Shown here in pieces: positions 49,684 through 63,540 of a DNA stretch of 64,000 bases (positions within the stretch are counted from its first letter, which is position 1; each line of letters opens with the position of its first letter). The DNA comes from Callorhinchus milii. Lineage: Eukaryota. The translations under genes were made by a program, and so were the position numbers. Under the pieces are notes generated by a model. It ran no database searches. It saw only the letters and a program-made list of their open reading frames with translations, and was not told where the DNA came from. Location of the stretch: the NCBI RefSeq assembly GCF_018977255.1, contig NW_024704743.1, positions 100,442,001 to 100,506,000 of the forward strand. The letters are read 5' to 3'.

Positions 49684-52094
49684 TTGTGTCCAGTCTGTGT
49701 CTTTAGATGTCATTGTTCTCTGGCGGTCTGAATCATTACAGTCCTCACATGGTGTTTACTTTATCGCTTGTGGATGGAATAGGATGTGAAGATGTAATTA
49801 TACACCTTGGTATGTAGGAAGACTAGCAGTGGCCAACCTTTATAGTTGGCCAACAAAATAAACTTTCTTGACTAAACATTTATTGATTTATGCCATACCA
49901 ACCGAGTGCTACCAACAGAGCCAGGCTAACATCATTATTCAGGACCCAAACAAGACACAGAAACTTTGAACCTGAACGTCAAATTACCAACCAAGTCATC
50001 AGTCGAAAATATAATAAGATTACTGGCCCCATAAACATTTAAAGACTGAACTTCCACTGTACTATAAATACCCTTGAGCAACTTATCTATTGTGTTGCTT
50101 TGTTAGAACTAGGAATGTCCTGAATCAAAATAATCCATTTCAGTCCATGTGAAAAGATACCATGTGGTTGATCAACAGTATTTCTAAATGTCATGGTTTG
50201 TTTTTGATTCATTCTGCATCAGTTCGTTTTATAGCTTCAGGTAGGTAAATTCATATTTGAAATTAGTTAACTATTCCACCTGCCCTCCATTTCCTATTTG
50301 TGTGGTTGTTCTTTCCATTTCCCAAATCCCCCAGGGTCCTTTCCAGCTGGTTTCCAATCTGCAACATCCCAACACCCAATACTCATGCACAACACTCAGG
50401 CTATTCAGAATAGGATTATACACAGTCATAAGCAGATCTGCTTCTTGTGCATTGTCCTCCTAAGAATAAGAAAAGTTTGGCCTCATTGCAGATTAGATGC
50501 AATAGCCAGGCATGGATTGTGTTCCTTAGGAATGTATTCAGTTGCTGTGGGCAAAGTAATTATCTCCCTCCCCTGAGAATCTTTAACTCTTTTCAAGCTA
50601 ATAAAAGCAAGTTATGAAATGCAACCTCTAAACTGTGTTGAAGTTTTGATTATTACAAGGTGCATACTAGATGCAATAATCTCAGATGCACCAAGAAAGA
50701 ACAAATTCACATGCTCTGCTTTTTGCCTTAATTGGTTATCTAATGTAATTTTAGACACCCCAGGCATTTAATCTAAATTATTCTATCTTTCTGGGATAAC
50801 AACCATTGCCACTAAAAGCATTTGTCCTACATATTTAAAACACGTTGTGCTTTCAATTTCAGCATCAAAGATATTATTTTGCTGGGACCCCATAGATTGT
50901 TACAGTACAAAACAGGCCATTTGGCTCCAGTCCTTCCTGATGTTTATACTTCACATGAACATCTAGGTAGTCTATGCAAGTGCTTTAACTGCACACAAAC
51001 CTCCAAAGATATTAACATCAGGGAAGCTGGCTGTTATTAGCTGGAAACTTTCATTGATCTTGAAGCCCCTTCATTAGCCAATAGCCCAGATTTAAAGATT
51101 GCAGTGGGAACATGATACAAATGCCCAGGGAAATCTGCGATGCATTTTGTGCTCCAAATGAACACAGTTGTCTTGGTCTATGGAGCCTGACAATGTAGGG
51201 ATGAGTAAACCTGTGGTGCTCGAAAGGTTAAAATACAATGCTCTATAAACTGTTTGTTTTTTATCTGAATACTTCTGGTAATGTTCTCTCTGCAATACCC
51301 TGCAGGATTTAGTTAGTTTGCGATAGTAATCTTACCTTTTGAGACTGTTCTTAAATTCCAGCTCATATCAACTAAATTGCATCCATCTCCAGCTCTTACC
51401 AATCAATCTCAATGTGAGGATCGTCCACAATATAAACTACTGTAAATAGCTTTTCGTACATCCTTGTATGAGTCCACAGCAGAAATGGATTATTCATGAG
51501 AAGGTGTAGATCCTTTGGAGCTTTTTAAATATTACAAATCCAAAAGAGTCCTATAGAGTGGTGCTAAATCTAATGAGATTTTAAATCAGTGAGTTATTGC
51601 ATTGAGCAATAGGTGGAAGAATGTGGATGAAGAAATCTGGTCCACCCAGTGTTCTAATTCTACCCAGCATGGTGGTGGGACCAAGCACAGTCACTTATCT
51701 TCACCTTAGGAAGGGAAGAAGAAAGCAATCATAGCTCTCTCATGCACCTCCCAGTGGTTGAGTCAGGAACAGCAGGTGGAGGTTCAGGAATAATTTGGGG
51801 CACAGTACAAAGGGGTTCAAATGAGAGGGTTGAAAAGCAAACTAAACAATAGTAGGTGAATCTACCTTAATAATGGTGTTTTACTTCAAGTATCACACCA
51901 ATACCTGCTATTGTCCAATATAAAATCTCAGGTAGCAGAATGAAAAACAGTAGCAGGGTGAAAATTCATTTCCGTTAACATATCAAATCCATTGAAAAAT
52001 ATTTACCCTGCTCTTACTCCAATGCTGATGGCAAAATTTATATTTCATTATGGAAAGATAAAACAAGACTAGTCAATTGGAAACGTTGACTTAC

Positions 52095-52197
52095 CAGCCT
52101 TACTTTTCCATTTCAATTCCTTACAGACGAGGCTGGAATAGATAAATAATGTGATGCTGTCCTTGTGAAAACAGTCAGGTAGGAGATGTGCTGCAGC
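52095..52197 (-). other. candidate 103-nt exon (host gene unknown)
   Basis: Minus strand: tgtttttgtttttgttttgcttgcattttaatacag|GCT...GCTG|gtaagt. Open in phase 0 only. Confidence 0.35.
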
Positions 52198-53139
52198 CTG
52201 TATTAAAATGCAAGCAAAACAAAAACAAAAACAGGCTGCATCACTATTCAATTACCAATAGGTTTTGAAGTAAAGACTATCAACAGTAAAACAGAAACTA
52301 AGGCTTTGAAATTGAAATTGCCATTTATCACTTGGCTTTGTTATTAGTATAATCCACAGAGGAATTTCTAGATTGAGTCTCAATGCTGTTATATCAATGC
52401 CAATTTTCCCACCAGGGATAAATAGTAATATTACATTCCTTTACTTTCTTCCTCCTCACTAGCTGAAATAGGTAACCTATTGTATTATTTCCTACTCAAA
52501 TTAATTCCTTAACTTGGATGCAAAATTGTGCAACACCTATGTCCTTCAGTCTCCCCCTCCCCACTTACCTGTTTTTAAAATCAAACTTGACATTAAATTT
52601 GGCTTCTCTGCATCTCTCTTCTACTCTTTCAACCTTGCTCATGTCAACAACTTACATTTATGTGGCATCTTTCACATAAGATAAAGTCTTGGAGCGCTTC
52701 ACAAAGACACAGTCAGATGCTGATCAAGGGAGGATGGGGGTGGGCAGGGAACAAGGGAGGCGATGTAGGTGTGCTCAAAGAGTTAGAGTCTCAAAGAGTT
52801 AGGGAGTGCCTGTGTTACCAACAAGATTCAATGTTAACAAACTCTGTTCTGAATACTCTCATTGATGCAAGACTCTTCTCTCTTCATTTCTGATGTCTTC
52901 TAAACACCTTGATGTGTTACTGTACTACGACAGTAGTACATAAGTCTGTTTTCTTGTATGTCTCCACTTACAAACAAACATATATGTTCTCAGAATTGAT
53001 AATAGAACTATATTCAGAATATCCATCTGAAGAAATGCACTTTTCAGTAAAGGTAAAGTTGTCCTAAGTTTATTCTTATTTTGCTCATAGAGCACATATT
53101 ACAGTTCCACAGAAATAATCTGTTGGTGGGGTCAGCCCT

Positions 53140-53470
53140 AATAGCATAGTGGCTGGAAGTGCAGCTTCCAGACTAGGATTTTACTGGTTTAACTCCCAGT
53201 TCAGTCTGAATTTCCTGGTCTAAGATAGGGTTTGGAATGTGGAAGTTAAATTGGCCCTGGACTTCCCAGATTTAAGGGAAGGGAAGCAAACGTCAACGGT
53301 TACAGCTCTTGGTTCCTATTCAATAGTGTCTGTGACTCCCTCTGGAGTTGAATGGTCTGCTGAAACTCACTGCCAGATCTCACACATGATCAATGTCCAC
53401 TTGGACGGGCTACTGGGGGAAAACCAACGCCCATGGAACTGCACCTGACAGGAAAAGAGGCCAGAAGCAG
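53140..53470 (+). mobile_element. ancient SINE-like family C
   Basis: aattggccc..agggaagggaa..actcactgccagatctcacacatgatcaatgtccacttgg..ggaactgcacc. Confidence 0.55.
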
Positions 53471-54598
53471 AGAGAAATATACCAGTGGGGAAAAAAACAA
53501 GAAAAATCATTGAGCATACTATTTTTAAAACTTATGTAATTATGTAATTTATTTTAAAAAAACAAATCCTTTGGTGTTTGATTAACAAGATGCTTGCTGA
53601 AAAATTAATTTTGCAGATAGTGTTATCTATGTACACCCACTACATTGAGTTATTGCATACAACGCACTCGGTTGTAATTAGAAAAATGAACATTGTTATA
53701 AAATTATTTTTAAAAATGAAATGATTTTAGTGTATAAGTTGTAGTGATGCCCAACGTAATTTTATAGCTTACAAAACATATTTCTTTGCGATAACACTAA
53801 CTTTAATTGAAGATCTTATATTTGTCCCGTGTTCACAATTGCAAAGTGGCGTCACAAATGTTTCTGGATTTCCTACCTTTTCAATATTCTCATTGCGGAA
53901 AAGTTCCTGAAATGATACCTCATTTCATTGAGTAAGTCAATGGGAGAGACAGCAAAGTCATGACTGAACCTACGATTCCGATGCACCCAATAGGCAAGGT
54001 GGTTGCTTGACCTTAATTGAGCTACCTTCCACATGAGTTGATTGAAAACAGATGAAACTCGTCATATGTAATGTACAAGGTTGGCGCACTGACCTTCACT
54101 AAGATTGAAGCTGCACAACCCGAATGTTTGCATCAGATCTAATCTAAAATGCTCCATTTGCAGGGCTTTGACCCATGAGATACGGAGCCAATTTCTGGTT
54201 CCATGTCCCTTTGACAGGGAAGTGTGTATTTTTCTTTAATAAAAGAAAAATAAGAACCATATTAATCTTCGAAGGAACACAGTGCCACAAAACGTCTTAG
54301 AGTGAGAGCTTACTGCAAATGCCAGAAATCTAGTGGTGTGGATATAGCATTCAATAATATTATTGCAACGTGAGATACACATATAATAATCATCATCCTT
54401 GCGCTTGATATAGTTCCTAAACACATTGCCAAAATGTCTCAAAATGCTTCAGAGTTTTCTGTAGTGTGTGTATTTGCATGCAAACATGACAGCCAATTTA
54501 TGTTCAGTAGTGTCCAGTGTACAGCAAACGACACAGTGAGCTATGGCACATCACACAATGGCTCAATCAACACTAATGCTGGCAAAACTGCCTATTAT

Positions 54599-54906
54599 TA
54601 ATAATAATAATAATCCTTGCATTTGATATAGCGCCTTTAATGCCTTCTAGATGTCTCAAAGCACTTCACAGATTATGCTGTAAAGTGAATTGACTGTATA
54701 TTTGTGAGCGAAACGCAGCAGCCAATTGCGCACAGTAGTGTCCCACAAACAGTCGTGGATTGAAAATGACCAATTATTGTTTTTGTCTTTTTGGAGGGAT
54801 TATTATTAGATGTGTAGAGTAAGGAAACACCCTGCCTGGAATTGAACTCAGCTGTCTCGCTTGCAAGGCGAGACAGCTGAGTTCAATCACTGAGCTGCAG
54901 GACTCC
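54599..54906 (-). mobile_element. SINE A, short variant, with head converted to a perfect hairpin
   Basis: Body is collinear with the other A copies. 54841-54887 is a perfect 20-bp inverted repeat. Confidence 0.92.
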
Positions 54907-56169
54907 ATATTCTACCTCTTTACAAGAGATTATGGCAAACTACGAGGTAGTAGCTGGTTAAACTCCAGCAGTACCCACAACACACCCTCTGCGTTCCCCA
55001 AGCTTTGGCTCTCACCAATCTGCATCTAATACTTTCCAGAATTAGTTAAGCAGAGTATGTCCCTGAATAGATGGTAAACATATGTGGAACTCTCACTCTG
55101 GTTTACACGGTGGTCAAAAAGCATGGTGATGGGTTTCCGCATGTATCACACACCCAGCTGACTCCTCCCAAATTCTCCTGCTTTTCAGACTCAATAGGGA
55201 AGAATGCATCTTCCCCTGATCTAAAATCTTTAGCATCAATTTATTTTGACAGTTTGTTCTAAACATCACAATATTATTATTAAACAACTTATGAAAGTTT
55301 CGGGCAATGATGGGCAAAGCTTTAGTTGTCATTTTCATTCTGAAACAAAACTGACAAGTTTTGAGACAGCAATTGATCTGGATTTTCCAAGGAGAAGCAT
55401 TGGAGTTGGTAAATAGTAAATTTTTTTAAAAACCCTGGTTGATTCCAATGAGCAGTTTTAGTGATTCATATCGTCTTTAGCACACCCATCCAATTTTATT
55501 GGAACTATCTCAGAGACAGGTTCATTGAACACAATTGTGGTTACCTCCCTGGGCTTAGTTCTAGAACCTTTTAAATAATTTACCACTAGTGTGCAACTAA
55601 GCAAGACTGCAGCAAATGAGAATATCTAAGAATATCAAAAGGTTTTTTGTTCAGAATTGAAAAAACAATTTCCACCTGACTAAGAAATAACCGTCAATCT
55701 CTAACAGGTCAATAAGAGACAAGCCGGTACCTCTAAGGCTGGGGAAGAGTCTTAACTAGGATAGTGTTTCTCAGGTGGTCTGATACCAGGGATAGGTTTG
55801 GTTTCTCTTAAAATGGGTAGACCATTTGTAAGTGAGCCAGGCTTAATACAGATCAGAACCTGTCATTCAACCTGTTGTTGAGAAACAATGATCTAGGAGT
55901 AGGAAACCTAAAGCCCCCAAATTGTTCATGGTCTCAACATTAATGCCAATACAGTCAAAGTTGTTCAAGGAACCACCTCCATTCAGCAACCACTGCCTGT
56001 TAACAACCTGTTGAAGACAGGTTTGACTGTATGTTAAAATCTAATATTGTGCAGAAGTTTGGAAAATTCTTAAATTCAATCTTAATTTGGAAGCATGTCT
56101 CAGAATGCTGCATTCCTATGTTCCAATGTAGAGCTCTCCATGTCTGTGCAATAAAGAAGGAAAACAGTT

Positions 56170-56365
56170 TCACTTAGCACCTTATCATACTGAAATAACT
56201 CAAAGCACTTTACGGTAATTATTGTCAAGTCTAGACTATTGCAACAACCAATTTACCCACAGCAAGTTCCAACAAACAGCCATGAAATGAACAGCCAATT
56301 TATCTTGAGGATTGTTGGCCAGCATACTGGGAGAAACTTTCTGCTATTTTTAAATAGTGGCATAG
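56170..56365 (-). mobile_element. SINE B 3' part
   Basis: caaacagccatgaaatgaa..gattgttggccag..ctgggagaaact..aatagtggcat. Confidence 0.7.
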
Positions 56366-56394
56366 ATCTGGCTAGACCACATAAAAACTTACCG

Positions 56395-57568
56395 GTCAGA
56401 GCCCTCGCCTCTGCTAATCATCCTTCTATTCCAAGGTAATCTTGGAGGCCAAGGACAACCCCAGGCTTCTCATCACCACTACCAACTAGCTCCTCCATCC
56501 ACCCTCTCACGCCTTGCCCATCCTCTCCTCCCATTCCCACTGCGAAGAGATGCTGGATTTCCTCAAGACAAAAATCGAGGGGATTCGTTCAGCTGCCTCT
56601 GCCCTCCCAACTGCCAACCCCGCCCCATCTCTCCCTCCGGCCCCTACCCATCCTTCCTTCCACACCTTCGAACCTGTCTTCCACTCCTCTCTCACCACCA
56701 TTATAACCCGCATGAAACCCACCACCTGCTCCCTCAACTCCATCCCTACCCCTCCCATTATGTCCCAACTCCACCTCCTCGCCACTTTACTTTTAGACCT
56801 CATCAACCCCTCTTGTCAACTTGCACTGTTCTCACCCCCCCTAAAAACAGGTGTTATCACCTCTATCCAAAAAAAAACCTTCCTTGAACCCATCCCTGCT
56901 CACTAACTACCACCCCATTTCCAACCTCCCTTTCCTTTCAAAGGTCCTTGAAAGAGTTGTTGTTTCACAGCTTCACTCCTTCCTCTCCTGCCACTCCCTT
57001 TATGAACCCCTCCAATCAGGATTGCTTGCCGTCCTGGTCCTGTGACCAGGGCTCCCTCTGTTTCCTCATCCTCCTTGACCTCTCTGTTGCCTTTGCCACT
57101 GTGGACCACTCTATCTTCCTCCACCGCCTCTCCTCTCACCGTAACCTTCAAGGTTCTGTCCTTGAATGGTTCAGATCCTATCTCCCACACCAGCTCCACT
57201 TTGTCTCCACAAATGGGTTCTCCTCCAGCTCCCACACCTTCTTGTGCGGTGTTCCTCAGAGTTGTGTCCTCAGTCCTCTCCTCTTCAACCTGTATATGCT
57301 CCCTCTTGGTGACATCATCCACAGACATGGGGACAATTTCCACATGTACGCGAATGACACCCAACTCTATCTCTCTGCCTCCTCCCTCGACTCCAGGGCC
57401 ACTGATGTCCTGGCACATTGTGTGTCAGTTACCAAGTCCTGGATGAGAGCCAACTTTCTACAGTTGAACTTCATCAAGACCAAGGCTCTCCTGGTTGGCT
57501 CACGCCAGCGCCTCCGCACCCCAGGCACTGGCAGCATGAGCACCCAGGGATGCACACTCCACCTCTCC
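56395..57568 (+). mobile_element. L2 ORF2 reverse-transcriptase fragment (frameshifted, catalytic motif mutated)
   Basis: NYHPISNLPFLSKVLERVV, LILLDLSVAFATVDH, GVPQSCVLSPLLFNLYM, FHMYANDTQLY (YADD changed to YAND). Confidence 0.95.
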
Positions 57569-57662
57569 GTAATTGGTGTTTGCCATTGGAAATAAAATGT
57601 GAGTAATTATATAACTTCCTTGAAGCATCTTTAATCCATGCAAAATGCTTTACTTTCATCTT

Positions 57663-57875
57663 TTAATAATAATCCCTCCAAAATAAAAAAATTATAAATT
57701 GGTCATTTTCAATCCACGACTGTTTGTGGGACACTGCTGTGCGCAATTGGCTGCCAAGTTTCGCCCACAAGTATACAGTCAATTCACTTTACAGCATATT
57801 CTGTGAAGTGTTTTGAGACGTCTAGAAGATGTGAAAACCGCTATATCAAATACAAGGATTATTATTATTATTATT
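57663..57875 (+). mobile_element. SINE A 3' half
   Basis: TAATAATAATCCCTCC..GAGACGTCTAGAAGATGTGAAAA..(ATT)n. Confidence 0.9.
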
Positions 57876-58494
57876 TGGTTTGGTCCCCAAAGGAACTTAT
57901 GAAAGTTTCTGAAACAAAAATAGTTGTCCTATTATCTGTGGTCTCTTCTCTGGGAATAGGAAAATGATTGTTTGGGAATGAATCACTTGTGTTGATACCT
58001 TGTTGAATCATTGGTATCCATCTCACTTCATCGGATCTGATACCAGGGTATCATTCTAGACATGTCACTTATTTTATTTATTTTCCAGAAGAATCATTGA
58101 AGATTCCCTTGGTATTCTTCGTTTGCAAGGCTAGTTTTTGTTTCCGGAGCAATCTTTCCTTGTTCCTTCAATCCTTCAGGAGGAATCTTGGTCCTTCCAT
58201 TTGATCATTAGTTATCATCTATTACTGATGAGGTCTAACTCACTTCAGCTCCCATCAATTCTGATATTTCCACTGGTCTTCAGTAGTAGATTTCAAAGTA
58301 AAGACTAAACCAGTAAAGTTAATGAAAGGACACAATGGGATACAATGAACTGAATTAGATTTTTCTTGCTGTAAAAAAGCTATACTGAACATTTAGTACC
58401 ATATCGGAAATTATACTTTTGATGGATAGAATATTTTCTTCCATTGCTTGTCCACAAACAATTTAGGGAATTCCACACAAGTGCTACCAAAATA

Positions 58495-59122
58495 CAACAA
58501 TAACAACAAAATTACATTTGTAAAGCTCCTTTCACATTGGGAGGACATCCCAGGGCGCTGAACAGACAGAGTTACGGACCCAAGCTGGGGGTCGGGGTCG
58601 GGGAGGGTGGAGGGCAGGGGGGGAAGCAGTGAGATCAAAAGCATGGTCAAAGAAGAGGGTTTTGAGATGGATCTTGAAAGTGGCGGGGAGCGGGTGAGGT
58701 GGAGGGACTGCAGGATGGAGTTCAGGGAGTGAGGGCAGAGGGGCAGAAGACCCACCTGCCAATAGTGGGCCGAGCGAGGCGGAGGACGTGAAGCAGGCTG
58801 GAGCCCACTAAGCAGAGGGAGTGAACAGGGTGGTAAGGGGTTAGGAGGTTGCAGAGGTAGGGGGGAGCAAGACCATAGAGGGCTTTGAAGGTGAGGACCA
58901 GGATCTTGAACTGTATCCTCTGTGTGATGGGAAACCAGTGGAGTTGGGCAAGGATGGGGGTGATAAGGTCACGGAGCCTGGTGTGGGAGAGGACACGGGC
59001 TGCAGAGTTCTGGATGATCTGCAGCCTGTGGAGGGAGGAGTTGGGGAGGCCGACAAGCAGTGAGTTTGCACAGTCGAGCCTCGATGTAATGAAATGTATG
59101 AGGGTTTTGGTGGCCTGCGGTG
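58495..59122 (-). mobile_element. L2 3' fragment
   Basis: Collinear with 41738-42360, with tail present. Confidence 0.92.
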
Positions 59123-61381
59123 TGATTATAAAATAGGATTACAAGTGAAGAAAGACCTTGAGCTGTAATGTCTGAACAAATGTTGGAGGTGTTGCTATAC
59201 AGTAGGAGATCAGTTGTATAAGACAAATGTAATGTTGGAGTGTCTAAGCAGATCCATAGAAAATAAATTCAAGGAAGTGATGCTACACATGTAGAGCACC
59301 ATGTATCACAGCAAACAGGGAATAGTGGTGGTGTGGACAAATGCAGTGTATGATATAATAATTATCATCATTCTGCATATGTTTGAACCATCAAAACACT
59401 CTTTCTAAAAACTGAAAAACCCTAGTGTGGGCAAAACACATCCTCTCAATCCCATGGCTGCTTCTGCACAAATTCCTTGATCACCAAAACTAATCGAGCA
59501 AAACCTCAGAATATTCATCTATTTTTCATCTCTATTGTTAAGATGCTGCCTCCCCCTAACGTAATGTTCATAGGTTGTTTTAAAAACACGTACACATGGG
59601 TATCCAAAAAATGTATACATCTTAAATGATCATGTGCAAACAGTGATTCAACATGGAAAATCAACTGGCATGTTTCATTTCAGTCCAGCCCCCAAGATCT
59701 GTCAATCAAATTATCTTGCTACATTTCCCAACGTCTCGCTAGTCGGTTTTCACATGTGTCTGATGACTTTTGACTGGCAATAATTGCATCACTTGAAGTA
59801 TAAAACACTTGTCATCATGTCCACCTAAGTTCTGGATTGTAAAAACTAGTTTGCATACATGGTATGCATGGTGTGCTGATTTTTTTGCATAGGTTTTTTC
59901 TGCATAACATATGCACGTTTTTGTGTGAACATAATCTCTGAATGTTTTCCCCCCTCCTCTATATTTTCCCCTTCCTCAGCCCCAAATCTCAACTGTATAG
60001 AAACTATCACATCTTTCCTTCATTCAATTTGTACTTACACTTACAGAAATATGCTTCTCTACCCAGGTTTTATTCAGTTATTTTTTATCAAGTAGCTTAG
60101 CTAGTCAACACATTACCAATTGATTTTCCTGGGAGTAAATTCCATATATCCATTGCGGGGTGTAGGAAAAAATATCTTTCCAATCTTTTGGTCCCACTTA
60201 GAATTATTAATTTTAAACCCATGTTCTCTGGTTCTGTTCTCGCAGTTCAAGTCAAACAATGTGCTTACATGTTAAACTTTCATGGCCTGCGAATTTTAAA
60301 CTTGAACACAGATTTTGTTCCAGGCTTTAGATTTCTAAATTATGAAGAAAAGCTCAAGAGAACAAATGTATTCTTACTGAAAAAAATGTGAGTAAGTGAA
60401 TGGCATTCTACTGTATTCGTTAACTATATAATTAATAGCATCTATAATTATTTATCTACGTGTGTTTCCAGCCTACAAAGGACTTACGCAAAGAGTTTAA
60501 TAGACCGCTTCATCTTATTTTATGATTCGACCTGGGACCATCCTATTCTATATAGGTCATCTTATGTAATTAATTTTCCTACTGCAGCATTAAGAGGCAA
60601 CAAATGACTACATTTGATTCATTTTTCAATGGTGTTACTGAATTCAAAATGTATTTATGCAAAGAAATGCTATTTTCGTAATATAGGTTATAATCTTGTT
60701 TTATTGGTTGATGTACTGAAGGATTTATTAGAAATACACCAGGGATGTTGTACTATTACTTTCCATTAGTGGCTATTCAGGATCTTTAAGGCTTTCTACC
60801 TGCAATATTAGGCTCTAAATATCAACAGTTGCCTTCAAATATGGTCTGAGGGTCTAAACAAAGCCATTTGATTGAATTCAAGCTCCCAAACTGATACCAG
60901 GCACTGAAGGGAAACAATTTTAATTTCACACTTGGCTGAAACAGAGAATACAAAGTCACCTAAGAAGCTGTGTTTCTGCATTACCTGCTGCAACATAGGT
61001 AAGATTTCAATCTGAATTACTAAAGGCATATTGCAGATATCCATTAATAGGGCTTGTGACTTGCAAGAGGAGAAAGAGATTTAACATCAGTTTATCTTGC
61101 AATGTGATTTTTCAAACAATGATACAATCACTGCTAAAGATGCACATGGAAGACTATCTGTTGTGAGGGAGGAATGATAGCAAAATCTAAGCAGCTTGCT
61201 TTTTCCTCCTAATACAATGGGTAAAAATGTAATTACAGCTTATAATCGAGATCCATTACTCAAGGAAAACTCAGCATTTTAAGGATGTAATTCTACTTCA
61301 TGCTGAAACTAGCAGCCTTGTGTTGGGTGTAACTAGCAGCAGAGCTTTGGGAGTTAGTATTCGCTGGTCCCAAACCATCAC

Positions 61382-61720
61382 AATAATAATCCTTGCATTT
61401 GGTTCAGAGTGTTATAGAAGGAAGTCTCAAAGCGCTTCACAGGATTTATTGTGAAAGGGAGTATCTGTGTACTTGTAGGCAAACACAGCAGCACAATTGC
61501 GCACAGCAATGTCCCACAAACAGTCATGAAATGGCTGACCAATGACCAATTTTATTTGAGGGATTGTTGGGCAGGATACTCAGAGAAACTCACTCCTCTT
61601 GAATAGTGCAATGGGATCTTTAACATCCACCTGAACAGATAGACGGGACCTTGGTTTAATGTCTCACCTGAAAGACAGCACTTCCAATAATGCAACACAC
61701 CGTCAGCACTGCAATGCACT
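61382..61720 (-). mobile_element. SINE B
   Basis: gcgcacagcaatgtcccacaaacag..atgggatctttaacatccacctgaacag..ggtttaatgtctcacctgaaagacagcac. Confidence 0.88.
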
Positions 61721-62551
61721 CAGTGATATCTGTGTTCCAGTACTGCTACCAATTTTAGAGATTATTATTTAACTTCAACTAAAGTATCATATTGAATATA
61801 ATTCTGTCAGCTTCCTGTTTGGTAGGACTGAAATGCTGCCTCCATGATTCAAAAACTAACTGGCTTTCAAACATAAATTGGCAACAATTATTGAGCAAAG
61901 CAAATAACCTGTTTCAGTCCACCTTATCAAATCCTTTCATAATTATAAACACCTCTATCAATTCCCCTCTTAATCATCTCAGCTCTGACTGTAAACCTGG
62001 GATGTTATGGAAAATAGCTGTCCAAAGGTCGATAGTATGGATCATAAGGTACTCTGAAGTTTTACTTGATTATCTTTGTGGTGCAAGGCAAAAGACTTTG
62101 ATACAAGAACAACAATTTGCATTTATATTATGGTTTCACTCAGGATAGCTTGATAACATTTGCACAAGGTTTACAGGAGGAATGAGCTTGTTGGGCCAAA
62201 AGACTTGTTCCTTATTCCATGCTTTTGTAATTTATTGACAAATAGAATTCTGCTCATAGAGATACCTTTTTCAGCGTTTTAATCTCCCTGATGTTCGTCT
62301 GCATGAGCTGAATGTTATTACTGGCAATGAGAAAATGTATCCACCATTTTCCTTACATGTATTGCAGTCTTGTCATAGTCACCAAGATATTGTAAGTACA
62401 TCTGGTGAAAAAAATATGCCAGGATAGATGACTACCATTTTTTGTTGTCACATAAATATCATGCTACAGGGAGAGGTGGGAGGCCTGAAATTAAAGGTTT
62501 GTCTCAGCCTGTAAAACCATTTCATCTTGCAAATTTATGATTAAAAGCAAA

Positions 62552-63540
62552 ATAAATAATCATGTAGAAAGGATGTTTCATAGCGCTTCACAGGAGTTAC
62601 TGTAAAATGTAGCATATGTATTTTTAGGCAAAATACGGCATCCAATTTGCAATGTTCCAAACAACAACAACAAAATTACATTTATAAAGTGCCTTTTATG
62701 TCAGGAGGACGTCCCAAGGTGCTGGACTGACAGAGATACGGACCCGAGCTGGGGGTTGGGGTCGAGAAGGGTGGAGGGCAAGAGGGGAAGCAGGGAGATT
62801 GAAAGCACGATCGAAGAAGAGGGTCTTGAGATGGGTCTTGAAGGAGGCAAGGGAGAGGGTGAGGTGGAGGGACTGCGGGATGGAGTTCCAGAAGGTGGGG
62901 GCAGAGTGGCGGAAGGCCCGCCCGCTAATAGTGGGGTGAGCAAGGCGGGGGACGTGAAGCAGGCCGGAACCCACTGAGTGGAGGGAGCGAGCAGGATGGT
63001 TGGGGTTTAGGAGATCGCAGAGGTAGAGGGGAGCAAGACCGTAGAGGGCTTTGAAGGTGAGGACCAGGATCTTCAACTGTATTCTCTGTGTGATGGGAAG
63101 CTAGTGGAGTTGGGCAAAGATGGGGGCGATAGGGTCACTGATCCTAGTGCAGGAGATGACATGGGCTGCAGAGTTCTGGATGATCTACAGCCTGTGGAGG
63201 GAGGAGTTGGGAAGGCCGACAAGCAATGAGTTTGCATAGTCAAGTCTCGAGGTAATAAAAGCATGTATGAGGGTTTCAGCGGCCTGCGGTGTGAGACAGT
63301 GGTGGAGCCGGGCGACGTTGCAGTGGTGGGGGAAGGCAGAGCAGGTCATGGCGCAGATGTGGTAGAAAGGATCGTTCATTGTCTAAACAGACATGAAGTG
63401 AGTCACAATTTCTTTCTGGTGGATTATTGGCCAAGATACTGGGAGAAACTCCCTTCTCTTTTCAAATAGTGCCATGGCGTCTTTGACATCCACTTGAACA
63501 GGCAGATGGGACCTGGGTTTAAATTCTCATCTGAAGGATC
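62552..63540 (-). mobile_element. SINE B split by an L2 insertion
   Basis: Tail at 62552-62660. The body resumes at about 63384 (aaacagacatgaa..gggagaaactccc..gacatccacttgaacagg). Confidence 0.75.
62660..63372 (-). mobile_element. L2 3' fragment
   Basis: ORFs 62696..63076 and 63185..63379 (AAETLIHAFITSRLDYANSLL, KILVLTFKALYGLAP), plus tail. Confidence 0.94.

Noticed and set aside
51952..52012. Short inverted repeat AGCAGGGT...ACCCTGCT
   Set aside because: Only an 8-bp perfect core. It could be a MITE relic but cannot be told apart from chance.
56395..57568. Functional reverse transcriptase, or the missing 5' part of the 37546 L2 copy
   Set aside because: It has frameshifts, an internal deletion and YAND in place of YADD. 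It is more decayed than the 37546 copy, lies downstream of it, and that copy has its own TSD.
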